Source: Mobula hypostoma (lineage: Eukaryota). Taken from it: DNA of 64,000 nucleotides. The position numbers were made by a program, and so were the translations under genes. The notes beneath the pieces are model-generated. The model had not been told where the DNA came from. It saw only the letters and a program-made list of their open reading frames with translations, and ran no database searches. Positions 1-13,839 of this stretch are shown one piece after another. The DNA lies in assembly GCF_963921235.1 (NCBI RefSeq), contig NC_086097.1, forward strand, positions 199,022,001 to 199,086,000. The letters run 5' to 3'. The first letter of the stretch is position 1. Each line of letters opens with the position of its first letter.

Positions 1-11
1 AGTTGTCTTAC

Positions 12-282
12 ATTCTGTTTTCCAACAATATTATCAAAAGGAAGCTCGGGACTCCAGGAACCTTCAGTAAACGTTGCAGTGCTATTTTTTGTGTCGCAGG
101 ATGTACTGGATTCTTTCATAATGTCTTCAGGAAGAGCTAGTAGGCTTTCTTCTGGCTGTTTTATCAGATATGTTTCAATGTTATGTTTCCTCAGAAACTC
201 ATTTCTCTCTTTTCCGTGACCTTCTTCCACCTCATAATCATCATTTAGACAATCCAGCGTTGCCTTGGAAATGTGAATCCTC
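12..282 (-). CDS. adcy8: adcy8 coding exon (approx. exon 7; end of C1a and start of C1b), 271 bp; the gene continues beyond the window
   Basis: (G)[90 protein letters not shown]. Acceptor ttttgcag and donor GTAAGA. Confidence 0.95.
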
Positions 283-425
283 CTGCAAAACACCAAAAGA
301 AACCTACTCAGATCCCGGCATAGAATCAGATCCCCAAAGCCTTAATTATAAGGGCATTTCCTTTGAATTTATCATTGGCTGAAGATTAAATTGCTTACGG
401 CTTGTGCAAAGGTCGTGATATTTAC

Positions 426-584
426 CCAGGGATGCCACCGGACTCCAGTTTGTTTGCTATGTCAACATCCCAGGACCAGACGTCAAATTGCCATTTCCGA
501 AGCCCGAGAACTCCACAGAGTACGGATCCAGAGTGTATACCTATGCGCATGTCAATCTCATGCTTTGTGTGAACTCTCACATAT
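426..584 (-). CDS. adcy8: adcy8 coding exon (approx. exon 6; C1a), 159 bp
   Basis: (R)[52 protein letters not shown](G), the class III cyclase signature region. TAG acceptor and GTAAAT donor. Confidence 0.96.
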
Positions 585-647
585 CTATCAGAAAAAAATT
601 ACAGGTTTTTAAACATTAAAACATGCTGATTGTTGAATCATTATTGT

Positions 648-2638
648 CAAGTCAAAGCTAATGTAAAAGCATAAGAGATGGGATACAATAAAGCAAAAAT
701 TAGCGGGAAGATAGAGGATTGGGAAGCTTTTAAAATTTTACAGAAAGCAGCTGAAAGAATCATTAGGAGGGAAAAGATGAAATATGAAAGCAAGCTAGCA
801 AACAATATCACCATGGATAGAAAAAGCTTTTTAAGTATTAAAAAATAAAAGAGAGATGAGAGTGGATATAGGAGTGCTAGAAAATGATGCCAGAGCAATA
901 ATAGCAGGGGACAAGGAGTTGGTAGACGAACTAAATGAGTATTTTGCATCAATTTTCACTGTGGAAGACAATAGCAGTGTGCCAGTTGTTGAGGAGTGAG
1001 AGGGAAGAGAAGTGAGTGCATTACTATTACAAGGGTGATCACAAAGCTGAAAGACCTTAAGGTGCATAAGCCACTCGGACCAGATGAACTGAACTCTCGG
1101 GTCCGAAAGAGGTAGCTGTAGAGATTGTGGAGGCATTAGTAATGATCTTTCAAAAATCATTGGACTCGAGGATGGGTCCAGAGGACTGAAAATTTGCAAA
1201 TATCACTCATCTCTTTTAGAAAGAAGGAAAACAGTCCTAAGGAAACTATAGACCGGTTAGCCTGACCTCAGTGGTTGGGAAGATGCTGGAGGCAATTGTT
1301 AAGGATGAGGTTATGGAGTACTTCGTGACACAGGACAAAATAGGACAAAGTCAACATTATTTCTATAAGGGAAAATCCTGCCTGACAAACCTGTTGGAAT
1401 TCTTTGAGGAGATTACAAGTAGGATAGATAAAGGGGATGCAGTGGATGTTGTATATTTGGATTTTCAGAAGGCTTTTGACAAGGTGTCACACATGAGGCT
1501 GCTTACCAAGTTAAGAGTCCATGCTATTACGGGAAAGCTGCGAGCATGGTTAGAGGATTGGCTGATTGGTAGAAGGTAGCGAGTAGGAATAAAAGGACCT
1601 TTTTAGGTGTGCTGCCAGTGACTGCCAGGTGTGCAGGAGGTGGTGTTGGGACCGCTTCTTTTTATTCTGTATATCAATGACTTAGATGGTGGAATAGATG
1701 GCTTTGTTGCCAAGTTTGCATATGATATGAAGATCAGTGAAGGGGTAGATAGTGTTGAGGAAACAGGAATGACTGAGACAGATTAGGAGAATGGGCAAGA
1801 GAGTGGCAAGTGAAATACAATGTTGGAAAATGCATGGTCATGCACTTTGGTAGAAGAAATAAATGTGCAGACTATTTTCTAAATAGGGAGAAAATCCAAA
1901 AATCTGAGATGCAAAAGGGTCTTGGGAGGCCTTGTGCAAAACACCCTAAAGTTTAACTTGTAGGTTGAGTTAGTGGTGAGGAAGGCAATATCAGCATTCA
2001 TTTCAAGAGGTCTAGAATATAAGAGCAGAGGTGTGATGCTGAGGTTTTATAAGGCACTGTCGAGGCCTCACCTTGAGTATTGTGAACAGTTTTTGGGCTC
2101 TTTATCCGGAAAAGACTTGCTGGCATTGGAGAGATTTCAGATGAGATTCACAGTGATGATTATACCAGGAATGAAAGGGTTATCATACAAGGAATGTTTG
2201 ATAGCTCTGGGCCAGTACTTGCTGGAATTTAGAAGGATGAAGAGGGATCTCATTGAAACCTTTCGAATGTTGAAAGATCTAGACAGAGTAGATGCGGAAA
2301 CAATATTTCCCATGGTGGGGAGTCCAGGGCAAGAGCGCACATCCTCAGGATTGGAGGGCGTCCATTTAAGACAGAGATGCAGAGACATTTTTTTAGCTAG
2401 AGCGTGGTGAATTTGCGGAATTTGTTACCACATGCAACTGTGGAGGCCAGGATGATAGGTGTATTTAAGTCGGAGATTGATATCTTCTTGACTGGCCACG
2501 GAATCAAAGGTTACGGGGAGAAGGCTGGGGAATGGGGCTGTGGAGGAAAAAAAGGATCAGCCATGATTAAATGACAGAGCAAACTCAATGGGCCAAATGG
2601 CCTAATTCTGTTCCTATGTCTTATGGTTATGGTCTTAT
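648..2638 (+). mobile_element. CR1 LINE, 5'-truncated, decayed ORF2 plus 3' tail
   Basis: RT fragments KSCLTNLLEFFEE, YLDFQKAFDKV and RPHLEYC; ends in a tcttatggttatggtcttat tail. Confidence 0.9.
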
Positions 2639-2896
2639 ATAGTATGAATAGAACCAGGTTAACATCTTCATTAAAGTAAAGATTGGAGGGATATTTTAAG
2701 TTTCAATGTTCTCATATTTACACAGCAGAGTTCTGACTCCATTGTAAGTTCCCCTTTCGTATTCCATCCATTAGGAATATACCCCATTTGGATACTACTT
2801 GAGAGAGTCCACAAGAATGAAATGAGCTATAATAAGGTAAAACAGTAACAAAGCAAAGTAAAATGTTAAAGCTACTAAACAAGAGCAGTGCGGAGC

Positions 2897-3565
2897 AAGA
2901 TCGTGGTGGCGCGACACAACTTGCACGGCCACTCCGGTGAATGATATCTGTAATCTGTCAAGTAGGGTGCCGTGCACTATCCTGATTTGATGGAGACAGA
3001 TGTGAGAGAACAGAGGAACATCTGGAGAAACTCCTGAAATGCCTTTTTCGCTGCCGCTGTTACTGTGTGATCCAGGATCTCCAGAGGGGAAGGCTCCGAA
3101 TCTTCAGCTTTACTTGTTGCTCGGCGGCCGGGATGGGGTCGAGGCGTTCGGCAGAGGTGGTGCTCGGTGCTCGGTGTCGAAGGGCTGGTCGGAGGCTCAA
3201 AGTTTTCGGACGGACTCAGATTCAGCTGTCGGGTGCTTCCAATGCATCGACAGTTTTCGGTGCCTGGAGGTTTATGGCAGAGAGAGTTTCTCCTTTCTGC
3301 CGCCTGCTATCGGGGACTATTGGGAGTCGATCGGAACTTTGAGACTTTTTTTTTACCGTTCCAATGGTCTGCTCTTTATCAAATTATGCTATCGCTTTGC
3401 ACTGCTGTAACTATATGTTATAATTATGTGGTCTTGTCAGTGTTAGTCTTTGGTTTGTCTTGTTTTTTCTGTGATATCACTCTGGAGGAACATTGTATCA
3501 TTTCTTAATGCATGCATGCATTTCTAAATGACAATAAACGAGGACTGAGTGTCCTCATAATCTAA
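2897..3565 (+). mobile_element. ~670-bp non-autonomous retroposon, copy 1
   Basis: Aligns end to end with 8511-9313 and 44074-44736. Ends TGACAATAAA, then a GAGGAC/GTCCTC hairpin, then (ATCTA)n. Confidence 0.85.
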
Positions 3566-4067
3566 AAAAATTCTGAAAGATCATGATGAGGTAGGCTTTG
3601 AGGCCAAGAATCCATTCTTATCGTGCAGAGGTCAAGAGTCTAATGTGAGAGGGGAGAAGAAAGAATGTCAAGGGTGTGTGGGATCTTTGATTGTGCTGTT
3701 TGCTTTACCGAGGCACCAAGAAGTATAGGCTGAATTCATCGACAGCAGGTTGCTTTCCGTTTTGTGCTGTGCTGTGTCCTTAACCCATCCCAGTTTCTTG
3801 CAGTCATGACCAGAGCAGTTGCCATACCAAGTCATGATGCATACAGACAGAATGCTGTCTATGGTGCATTAGTAAAAATTGGTAAGGGATGATGGCGACA
3901 TGCCAAATTTCTTTAGCCTTCTGAGGAAGTAGAGGCATTGTTGAGCTTCCTTGGCTGTGACATCAATGTGGTTGGACCAGGACAGGCTATTCATGATGTT
4001 CACACTGAGGAACTTGAAGCTCTCAATCTTCTCAAACCCAACAGTACTGATGTAGGCATGATGCATG

Positions 4068-5582
4068 ATAGAAACATGGAAACATAGAAAATAGGTGCAG
4101 GAGTAGGCCATTCGGCCCTTCGAGCCTGCACCACCATTCAGTATGATCATGGCTGATCATCCAACTCAGAACCCTGCACCAGCCTTCCCTCCATACCCAC
4201 TGATCCCTTTAGCCACAAGGGCCATATCTAACTCCCTCTTAAATGTAGCCAATGAACTGGCCTCAACTGTTTCCTGTGGCAGAGAATTCCACAGATTCAC
4301 CACTCTCTGTGTGAAGAAGTTTTTCCTAATCTCGGTCCTAAAGGCTTCCCCTTTATCCTCAAACTGTGACCCCTCGTTCTGGACTTCCCCAACATCGGGA
4401 ACAATCTTCCTGCATCTAGCCCGTCCAACCCCTTTAGGATTTTATATGTTTCAATCAGATCCCCCCTCAATCTTCTAAATTCCAACGAGTATAAGCCTAG
4501 TTCATCCAGTCTTTCATCATATGAAAGTTCTGCCGTCCCAGGAATCAATCTGGTGAACCTTCATTGTACTCCCTCTATGGCAAGGATGTCTTTCCTCAGA
4601 TTAGGGGACCAAAACTGCACACAATACTCCAGGTGTGGTCTCACCAAGGCCTTGTACAACTGCAGTAGTACCTCCCTGCTCCTGTACTCGAATCCTCTCG
4701 CTATAAATGCCAGCATACCATTTGCTTTCACCCCCTGCTGTACCTGCATGCCCACTTTCAATGACTGGTGTATAATGACACCCAGGTCTCGTTGCACCTC
4801 CCCTTTTCCTAATGGGCCACCATTCAAATAATAATCTGTTTTCCTGTTCTTGCCACCAAAGTGGATAACCTCACATTTATCCACATTAAATTGCACCTGC
4901 CATGAATTTGCCCACTCACCTAACCTATCCAAGTCACCCTGCATCCTCTTAGCATCCTCCTCACAGCTAACACTGCCGCCCAGCTTTGTGTCATCCGCAA
5001 ACTTCGAGATGCTGCATTTAATTCCCTTGTCAAGGTCATTAATATATATTGTAAACAACTGGGGTCCCAGCACTGAGCCTTGTGGTACCCCACTAGTCAC
5101 TGCCTGCCATTCTGAAAAGGTCCCGTTTAGTCCCACTCTTTGCTTCCTGTCTGTCAACCAATTCTCTATCCACATCAATACCTTACCCCCAATACCGTGT
5201 GCTTTAAGTTTGCACACTAATCTCCTGTGTGGGACCTTGTCAAAAGCCTTTTGAAAATCCAAATATACCACATCCACTGGTTCTCCCCTATCCACTCTAC
5301 TAGTTACATCCTCAAAAAATTTTATGAGATTCGTCAGACATGATTTTCCTTTCACAAATCCATGCTGATTTTGTCCGATGATATCACCGCTTTCCAAATG
5401 TGCTGTTATCACATCTTTGATAAGTAACTCTAACAGTTTCCCCACCACCAATGTCAGGCTAACCGGTCTATAATTCCCTGGTTTCTCTCTCCCTCCTTTT
5501 TAAAAAAGTGTGGTTACATTAGCCACCTTCCAATCCTCAGGAACTAGTCCAGAATCTAAAGAATTTTGAAAAATTATCACTA
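4068..5582 (-). mobile_element. Young 5'-truncated CR1 LINE
   Basis: 296-aa RT ORF (GVPQGSVLGP, KFADD). atagaaac-type tail. Direct repeat ATGATGCATG at 4058-4067 and 5583-5592. Confidence 0.93.
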
Positions 5583-5625
5583 ATGATGCATGTGTATCGA
5601 CCCACTTTATAAAGTCATGGACAGT

Positions 5626-7535
5626 ATACCTCGACACGGTTTTATCCCCCCTTGTTCAATCCCTTCCTACCTATATTCGTGACACTTCTCACGCTCTTAA
5701 ACTTTTCGATGATTTTAAGTTCCCTGGCCCCCACCGCTTTATTTTCACCATGGATGTCCAGTCCCTATATACTTCCATCCCCCATCAGGAAGGTCTCAAA
5801 GCTCTCTGCTTCTTTTTGGATTCCAGACCTAATCAGTTCCCCTCTACCACCACTCTGCTCCATCAGCGGAATTAGTCCTTACTCTTAATAATTTCTCCTT
5901 TGGCTCCTCCCACTTCCTCCAAACTAAAGGTGTAGCTATGGGAACTTGTATGGGTCCTAGCTATGCCTGCCTTTTTGTTGGCTTTGTGGAACAATCTATG
6001 TTCCGTGCCTATTCTGGTATCTGTCACCCCACTTTTCCTTCGTTACATCGACGACTGCATTGGCGCTGCTTCCTGCACGCATGCAGAGCTCGTTGACTTT
6101 ATTAACTTTGCCTCCAACTTTCACCATGCCCTCAAGTTTACCTGGTCCATTTCCTACACCTCCCTCCCCTTTCTAGATCTTTCTGTCTCTGTCTCTGGAG
6201 ACAGCTTATCCACTGATGTCTACTATAAGCCTACTAACTCTCACAGCTATCTGGACTATTCCTCTTCTCACCCTGTCTCTTGCAAAGACGCCATCCCCTT
6301 CTCGCAATTCCTCCGTCTCCGCCGCATCTGCTCTCAGGATGAGGCTTTTCATTCTAGGACGAGGGAGATGTCTTCCTTTTTTAAAGAAAGGGGCTTCCCT
6401 TCCTCCACTATCAAATCTGCTCTTAAATGCATCTCCCCCATTTCACGTACATCTGCTCTCACTCCATCCTCCCGCCACCCCACTAGGAATAGGGTTCCCC
6501 TGGCCCTCACCTACCACCCCACCAGCCTCCGGGTCCAACATATTATTCTTCGCAACTTCCGCCACCTCCAACGGGATCGCACCACTAAGCACATCTTTCC
6601 CTCCCCCCCCCTTCATTCCGCAGGGATCGCTCCCTACACGACTCCCTTGTCCATTCGTCCCCCCCATCCCTACCCACTGATCTCCCTCCTGGCACTTACC
6701 CGTGTAAGCGGAACAAGTGCTACACATGCCCTTACACTTCCTCCCTTACCACCATTCAGGGCCCCAAACAGTCCTTCCAGGTGAGGCAACACTTCACCTG
6801 TGAGTCGGCTGGGGTGATATACTGCGTCCGGTGCTCCCGATGTGGCCTTTTATATATTGGCGAGACCCGACGCAGACTGGGAGACCGCTTTGCTGAACAC
6901 CTACGCTCTGTCCGCCAGAGAAAGCAGGATCTCCCAGTGGCCACACATTTTAATTCCACGTCCCATTCCCATTCTGACATGTCTATCCACGGCCTCCTCT
7001 ACTGTAAAGATGAAGCCACACTCAGGTTGGAGGAACAACACCTTATATTCCATCTGGGTAGCCTCCAACCTGATGGCATGAACATCGACTTCTCTAATTT
7101 CTGCTAATGCCCCACCTTCCCCTCGTACCCCATCTGTTACTTATTTTTTTGCACACATTCTTTCTCTCACTCTCCTTTTTCTCCCTCTGTCCCTCTGAAT
7201 ATACCCCTTGCCCATCCTCTGGGTCCCCCCCACCTTGTCTTTCTTCCCGGACCTCCTGTCCCATGATCCTCTCCTATCCCTTTTGCCTATCACCTGTCCA
7301 GCTCTTGACTCCATCCCTCCCCCTCCTGTCTTCTCCTATCATTTTGGATCTCCCCCTCCCCCTCCAACTTTCAAATCCCTTACTCACTCTTCCTTCAGTT
7401 AGTCCTGACGAAGGGTCTCGGCCTGAAACGTCGACTGCTCCTCTTCCTACAGATGCTGCCTGGCCTGCTGCGTTCACCAGCAACTTTGATGTGTGTTGCT
7501 TGAATTTCCAGCATCTGCAGAATTCCTGTTGTTTG
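5626..7535 (+). mobile_element. Penelope-like element, 5'-truncated: RT, GIY-YIG endonuclease and terminal repeat
   Basis: GVAMGTCMGP and FLRYIDD RT motifs; VIYCVRCSRCGLLYIGETRRRLGDRFAEH GIY-YIG domain. Frameshifted. Pyrimidine-rich 3' region followed by a hammerhead-bearing tail. Confidence 0.93.
7401..7436 (+). ncRNA. Minimal type I hammerhead ribozyme motif in PLE tail
   Basis: AGTC-CTGACGA-AGGGTCTCGGCCT-GAAA-CG-TC-GACT: stem I AGUC/GACU, CUGANGA and GAAA boxes, GUC cleavage triplet. Confidence 0.8.
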
Positions 7536-8510
7536 AGCTCTTTTGTTTTGTTGATATTCAGGAAAAGGTTATTGTCATGACACCATTTTACTAATCTCTA
7601 TTTCCTTCCTGTACTCTAAATTATTGTTATTTGAGATACGGTCCACCATAGTAGCACTATCTGCAAAGTTGTAGATAGAATCTGGTCATGCATTCATGTG
7701 TGTAGGGAAGAGTAGAGTAGGGAACTGAGGACACAGACTTGTGGATCATCAGAGGAAGTGCGATAGAGGTGTTGCTGCCTGTCCTTACTGTTTGTGGTCA
7801 ATTAGTCAGGAAGTCAAAGATCCAGTTGCAGAGAGAGGCATTGACTCCCAGGGTCTAGACTTCCATGAGTTTGCTTGGAATTATAGTATAGAATGCATAA
7901 CTGTAGTCAATAAACAATAATATGATGTCTTTACGGTCCAGGCGTTCCAGGAATGAAGGCCAGGGAGATGGCTTCCACTGTCGACCTGTTTCAGCACGCA
8001 GTGGGTTGAAGTTGTCTGGAAAGCTGGCATTGATGCATGCCATGACCAGCCCCTCAATCACTTCATGGCTGGGTGACTGTTAGGAGAAATGGAAATAGGC
8101 AGTTAGAGCAGAGCACACTTGTGGCCATTCTCCTCAAAAATAAGTATACCGCTTTGGATACTTTAGTGGGGGATGACCTCCTGGGAGAATGCCACGGCAA
8201 ACGGGTTACAGGCACTGACCATGGGTCCATGGTGCAGAAGGAAAAGAGAGAGAAGAAGGGAATGGTGGTGATAGGAGACTCAATAGTGACAAGACTAGAC
8301 AGGAAATTCTGTGGATGTGAATGGGACACCCGGATAGTATGTTCCCTCCCAGGTGCCGGGGTCAAGGACGTCTTGGATCCTGCCTACAATATGTTGGAGA
8401 GGGAGGGAGAACATCCAGATGTCTTGGTACATATTGGTACCAATGACATAGGAAGGAAAAGCAAAGAGGTCCTCAAAAGAAAAATTAGAGAGCTAGGAGG
8501 AGGACAGGAG

Positions 8511-9313
8511 AAGATGGTGGCGCGACGCAGCTCGCAGCGGCCACTCCGGTGGTGATGTCTGTTATTTGTCAAGTAGGGTGCCGTGCACAATCCTGATTTG
8601 ATGAAGATGGACGTGAGAGCACGGAGGAACATCTGGTGAAACCTCTGAAATGCCTGCTTCGCTGCTGCTGCTACTGTGTGGTCCGAAATCTCCAGAGGGA
8701 AAGGCCCCGAGTCCTCGACTTTGCTTGCTGCTTGGCGGTCGGGGTGGGGTCGAAATGCTCGGCAGAGGATGGTGCTCAGAGAGGTTGTGTCGAAGGCACG
8801 AAGTTTTCGGACAGACTCAGAGTCTGCTGCGGTCGGGTGCTTCCAATGGTGCTGCATCAGCAAGTTTGCGGCGCTTGGAGAGTTCCTCCCTTCTACCATC
8901 TGCGTGTGATAATGAGGCTATCGGGACTTTGAGACTTTCTTTTACCATGCCCATGGTCTGCTCTTTATCAAATTATGGTACTGCTTTGCATTGTTGTAAC
9001 TATATCCCTTACTAGCTCTTCTTTCAGTGAGTCCTGACGAAAGGTCTCAGCCCGAAACGTCGACTGTACATCTTCCTTTAGATGCTCCCTGGCCTGCTGC
9101 ATTCACCAGCAACTTTTATGTGTGTTGCTTGAAATTCGAACATCTGCAGATTTCCTCATGTTTGTGTTATAATTACATGCTTTTGTCAGTTTTAGTCTTG
9201 GTTTGTCCTGTGTTTCTTGTGATATCATCCTGGAGGAACATTGTATCATTTTTTAATGCATGCATTTCTAAATGACAATAAATGAGGACTGAGTGTCCTC
9301 ATAATCTAATCTA
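8511..9313 (+). mobile_element. ~670-bp non-autonomous retroposon, copy 2, carrying a PLE tail at 9006-9164
   Basis: Same ends as the other two copies; the extra ~160 bp matches the PLE tail at 7377-7535. Confidence 0.85.
9030..9065 (+). ncRNA. Minimal hammerhead motif in a solo PLE tail
   Basis: AGTC-CTGACGA-AAGGTCTCAGCCC-GAAA-CG-TC-GACT; core intact, stem II weakened. Confidence 0.7.
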
Positions 9314-12300
9314 AAAAAAGGTAGAAAGCTGAGCAGCAGGACCTTCTGGGTAGTAATTTCTGGATTGCTACTTATGCCACGCGCCAGTGAGGGTAGAAAC
9401 AAGGTGATTTGGCGGATAAATGCGTGGCTGAGAATCTGGTGCAGGGGGAAGGGCTTCAGGTTCTTGGATCATTGGGATCTCTTCTGAGGGAGGTATGACC
9501 TGTTCAAAAGTGACAGGTTGCACCTGAACCCAAGAAGGACTAATATTCTTGCGGGCAAGTTTGTTAGAGCTTTGGGGAAGGTTTAAACTAATTGTACAGG
9601 GGGTGGGAACTGGACTGCAGGGACTTAGGATAGGACCAATGGTAAAAAGGTAAAGATAGTGTGCAGTCAGATTGTCAGGAAGGGCAGGCAGGTGATGGGA
9701 CTTAGTTGCAGCCAACAGGCTGAGTATCAAAACATTAGGGATGCAGAATCAGAAAGGATAGCAAATACAGCACTCAAGGTATTGTATCTAAATGCACATA
9801 GTATATGAAATAAGGTGGACGATCTTGTTGCAATATTACAGGTATGACATTGTAACTGTCAATGAATCATGGCTGAAGGATGGTTGTAGTTGGGAGCTGA
9901 ATGTTCAAGGTTAAATGTTATATTGGAGGGATAGGAAGGTAGGCAGAGGGGGTGGTGTGGCTCTGCTGGTAAAGAATGGCATCAAATCAGTAGAAGGATG
10001 TGACATAGGATTGGAAGATGTTGAATTATGGCTTCAATTGTGGGTTGAGTTATAAAACTGCAAGGGTAAAAGGACATTGATGGGAGTTATATACAGGTGT
10101 CCCAACAGCGGCTAGAAGGTGGAAGAGGAAATAGGGAAGGTGTGTCAAAAAGGCAATGTTATCGTAATCATAGGATATGTTAACATGCAGATCGATTGGG
10201 AAAATCAGGTTGGTAATGGATTTCAAGAGAGTGAGTTTGTTGAATGCCTAAGACGAAGCTTTTTAGAGCAATTTGTCATTGAGCCTGCTAGGGAATCAGC
10301 TATACTGGATTGGATGTTATGTAATGAACCAAAGGCGATTAGGGAGCTTAAGGAACCGGTGATCACAATATGACTGAGTTCAACTTGAAATTTGATAGGG
10401 AGAAAGTGAGGTCTGATGTAGCAGTATTTCAGTGGAGTAAGGGAAATTACAGTGGTATGAGAGAGGAGTTGGCCAAAGTAAATTGGAAGGAGCTGCTGGC
10501 AGGGATGTCAGCAGAGCAGCAATGGTGTGTGTTTCTGGGGAAAAACTATGAAGGTGCAGGACATGTATATTCCAAAAATGAAGAAATACTCAAATGGTAA
10601 AAAGGTATAACCATGGCTGACAAGGGAAGTCAAAGCTATTGTAAAAGCAAAAGAAAGGGCATACGACAAAACAAAAATTTGTGGGGAGATAGAGGATTGG
10701 GAAGTTTTTAAAAACCTACAGAGAGCAAATAAAAATGATTAGAAGGGAAAAAATGAAATATGAAAGCAAGCTAGCAAATAATATCAAAGTGGATAGTAAA
10801 AGTTTTTTCAAGTATGTTAAAAATAAAAGAGAAATGAGAGTGGATATAGGACCACTAAAAAATGAGGCAGGAGAAATAATATCGGGGGACAAGGAGATGG
10901 CTGCTGAACTAAATGAGTATTTTTTGTCAGTATTCACTGTGGAACACATTAGCAGTATGCTTGATGTTGGAGTGTGTGAAGGAAGAGGAGTGGGTGCAGT
11001 TACTATTACAAGGGAGAAGGTGCTCAAAAAACTGAAAGACCTAAAGGTACATAAGTCACCTGGACCAGAGGAACTGCACTCTGGGGTTCTGAAAGAGGTA
11101 GCGTTAGAGATTGTGGTGGCATTAGAAATGATCTTTCCAAAATCATTGGATTCTGGCATGGTGCCAGAGAATTAGAAAATTGCAAATGTCACTCCACTCT
11201 TTAAGAAAGGAAAAAGGCAGCAGAAAGGAAATTACAGACCAGTTAGCCTGACCTTAGTGGTTGGGTAGATGTTAGAGTCAATTGTTAAGGATAAGGTGGT
11301 GGAGTACTTGGTGACACAGGACGGGGTAGTACAAAGTCAGCATGGTTTCCTTCAGGGAAAATCCTGCCTGATGAACCTGTTGGAATTCTTTGAGGAGATT
11401 ACAAGTAGGATAGATAAAGGGGATGCAGTGGATATTGTATATTTGGACTTTCAGAAGGCCTTTGACAACGTGCCACACATGAAGCTGCTTACCAAGTTAA
11501 GAGCCCATGGTATTACAGGGAAGTTACAAACATGGTTAGAGTATTGGCTGATAGGTAGGTGGCAGTGAGTGGGAATAAAAGAATCCTTTTCTGGTTGGCT
11601 GCCAGTGACTCGCAGGGGTTGGTGCTGGGACTAGTTTTTATGCTGTATATAAATGATTTAGATGATGGATTTGATGGCTTTATTGCCAAATTTGCAGATG
11701 AAACAAAGATTGGTGGAGGGGCAGATTAGGAGAATGGGCAAGAAAGTGGCAAATGAAATACAAATGTTGGAAAATGGTAGTAGAAATAAATGTGCAACCT
11801 ATCTTCTAAAGAGGGAGAAAATCCAAAAATCTGAGATGCAAAGGAACTTGGAAGTCCTTGTGCAGAACACCCTTAAAGGTTATCTTGCAGTTTGAGTTGG
11901 TGGTGAGGAAGGCAAATGCCATGTTAGTATTCATTTCTAAAAGTCTAGAATACAAGAGCAAGAATGTGATGCTGATCTTTTATAAGGGACTGGTGAGGCA
12001 TCACCTTGAGTATTGTGAACAGTTTTGGGCCCCTCATCTTAGAAAAGATGTGCTGGCAGTAGAGAGGGTCCAGAGCAGGTTTACAAAGATGATTCCAGGA
12101 ATGAAAGGGTTTTCATACGAGGAATGTTTGATGGCTCTGGGTCTGTACTCACTGGAATTCAGAAGGATGAAGGAGGATCTCATTGAAACCTTTTGAATGT
12201 TGAAAGGCCTAGAGAGAGTAGATGTGGAAATGATGTTTCCCATGGTGGGAGAGTCTAGGACAAAAGGGCACAGCCTCAGGATAGAGGGGTGCCCTTTCAA

Positions 12301-13839
12301 AATGTAGATGCAGAGAAATTTCTTTAGCCAAAAGGTGGAATTTTTTGCCACATGTAGCTGTGGAGGCCGGGTTGTTGGGTGTATTTAGGGCAGAGATTGA
12401 TAGATTCTTGATTGGACATGGCATCAAAGGATACGGGGAGAAGTCCAAGAACTGGGGTTGAGGAGAACAAAAAAGGATCAGCCATGATTGAATGGTGGAG
12501 CAGACTTGATGGGCCAGACGGCTCAATTCTGCTCCCAGGTTTTATGATGGTAGATGTCAGAGCCACTGGGCAATAGTTGTTAAGGCACTTTTCTTCGGTA
12601 CTGGGATGAAGGTGCTCTACTTAAACAGGAGGGAACCACAGCATGAAGCATGGAGAGGTTAAAAATGTCTGCAATACCCTTGCCAGCTGATCTAAGGAGT
12701 ATGGCCTAGTACAAGTTCTGGCACTGATGATTTCTGTGGGTTCATATTGATACACTGATCATGTCAGCAACAGTAACTATAGATTCAGGTGTACTGGGGA
12801 CCGTCAGGGTGGGTGAGGACATACCCATTCTATCCTGTTTAAAATCATGGGCAAAGCCTTTATTCTACTTGATCCTTGTTTACAAGAACAATCCTGCATG
12901 CATGCTGATGACCAGCTGATTAACTGTCCGCGTTTATATGTGCGTAAGCAAGTGTGGTATCCACTTCTGTGAATACTTTCGATTTTGCAAACTCTGCATG
13001 CAAGTTTTTTTTTAAATGAGGAGTGGATATTGTTCATTTGCTACAACTTCATTTAGTGTGACCCTTGTAGTCACAACGCAACTGCACTGTTTTGTCTGCC
13101 TGAGAAACAGCCACTATTAGTATGAACCACCCACTTTCATTGTTTTTTGGAGAAGCACCCTATTTTCCTCTAACATATCTATTTCCCAGCCACCTTTCCC
13201 AACCATTTAGGACATTTCTAGGTTTGTAATAGATCTCCTTTGCATTTGATCTGATGAAAAGGTACACATCATATCTTGCTATGCTTTTACAGCTGTCTTT
13301 GAACATATCTTTCCATTTCTTTACAGCACATGTTAATGCTGACTTCTGTTTTCACTTTGAATTTTAAAAGAAATTGCTTCTGGGGCTTGAGTTTGCACTA
13401 GATCTTGATGGAGGCTGCCAAAATGTGAGCCATCATTTGGCAAATGAAACACCTGGTTGTTCCAGCCAGACAAAACACTGATACATATTTGATATGGTAG
13501 AATAGCTGACTCAGATTATATGCTGAGATTCTATTTTGTAGTTTTAGACTTTGGTATGGCTCTTCATCTGAGGACTTCAGTAATGCCAGTTGCTTAAATG
13601 GATGAAAGTTTCCAAATATTCTCAAGTGCCATTTCCATGGCCGCGAAAATTTACATGCACATTGGAGTAACTCATTATTTTAATATTTGGCACAATCTGA
13701 AAATGCAGGACAATTTTAATGCAAGAATAAATTTAATGATGAAACAACATATTAACTAATGCTCTTTCTCTCCTTCCAACTCCTTTTTTTCACATTTCAA
13801 CATTCAGCAAATTCTAAGAGGCATTTATTGTAGTTTCTG

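Larger units (their letters stand above)
8069..12546 (+). mobile_element. Long decayed CR1 LINE (ORF1 SGNH esterase plus ORF2 EN/RT) with a nested insertion
   Basis: ORF1 VVIGDSIV and HIGTNDIG motifs; ORF2 fragments through to the 3' tail. Interrupted at about 8500-9318. Confidence 0.92.
2790..12830 (-). mobile_element. Old Rex1/Babar-like LINE split into pieces (about 2790-2890, 3570-4067, 5593-5625, 7536-8068, 12547-12830) by younger insertions
   Basis: Minus-strand motifs AKEAQQCLYFLRRLKKFG and LFIDYSYAFYTIIPSKL. The sequence joins up across each insertion. Confidence 0.75.

Noticed and set aside
12804..13037. Possible extra adcy8 exon (77-aa ORF with a donor-like GTATGT)
   Set aside because: No cyclase similarity; exons 5 and 6 already join in frame.
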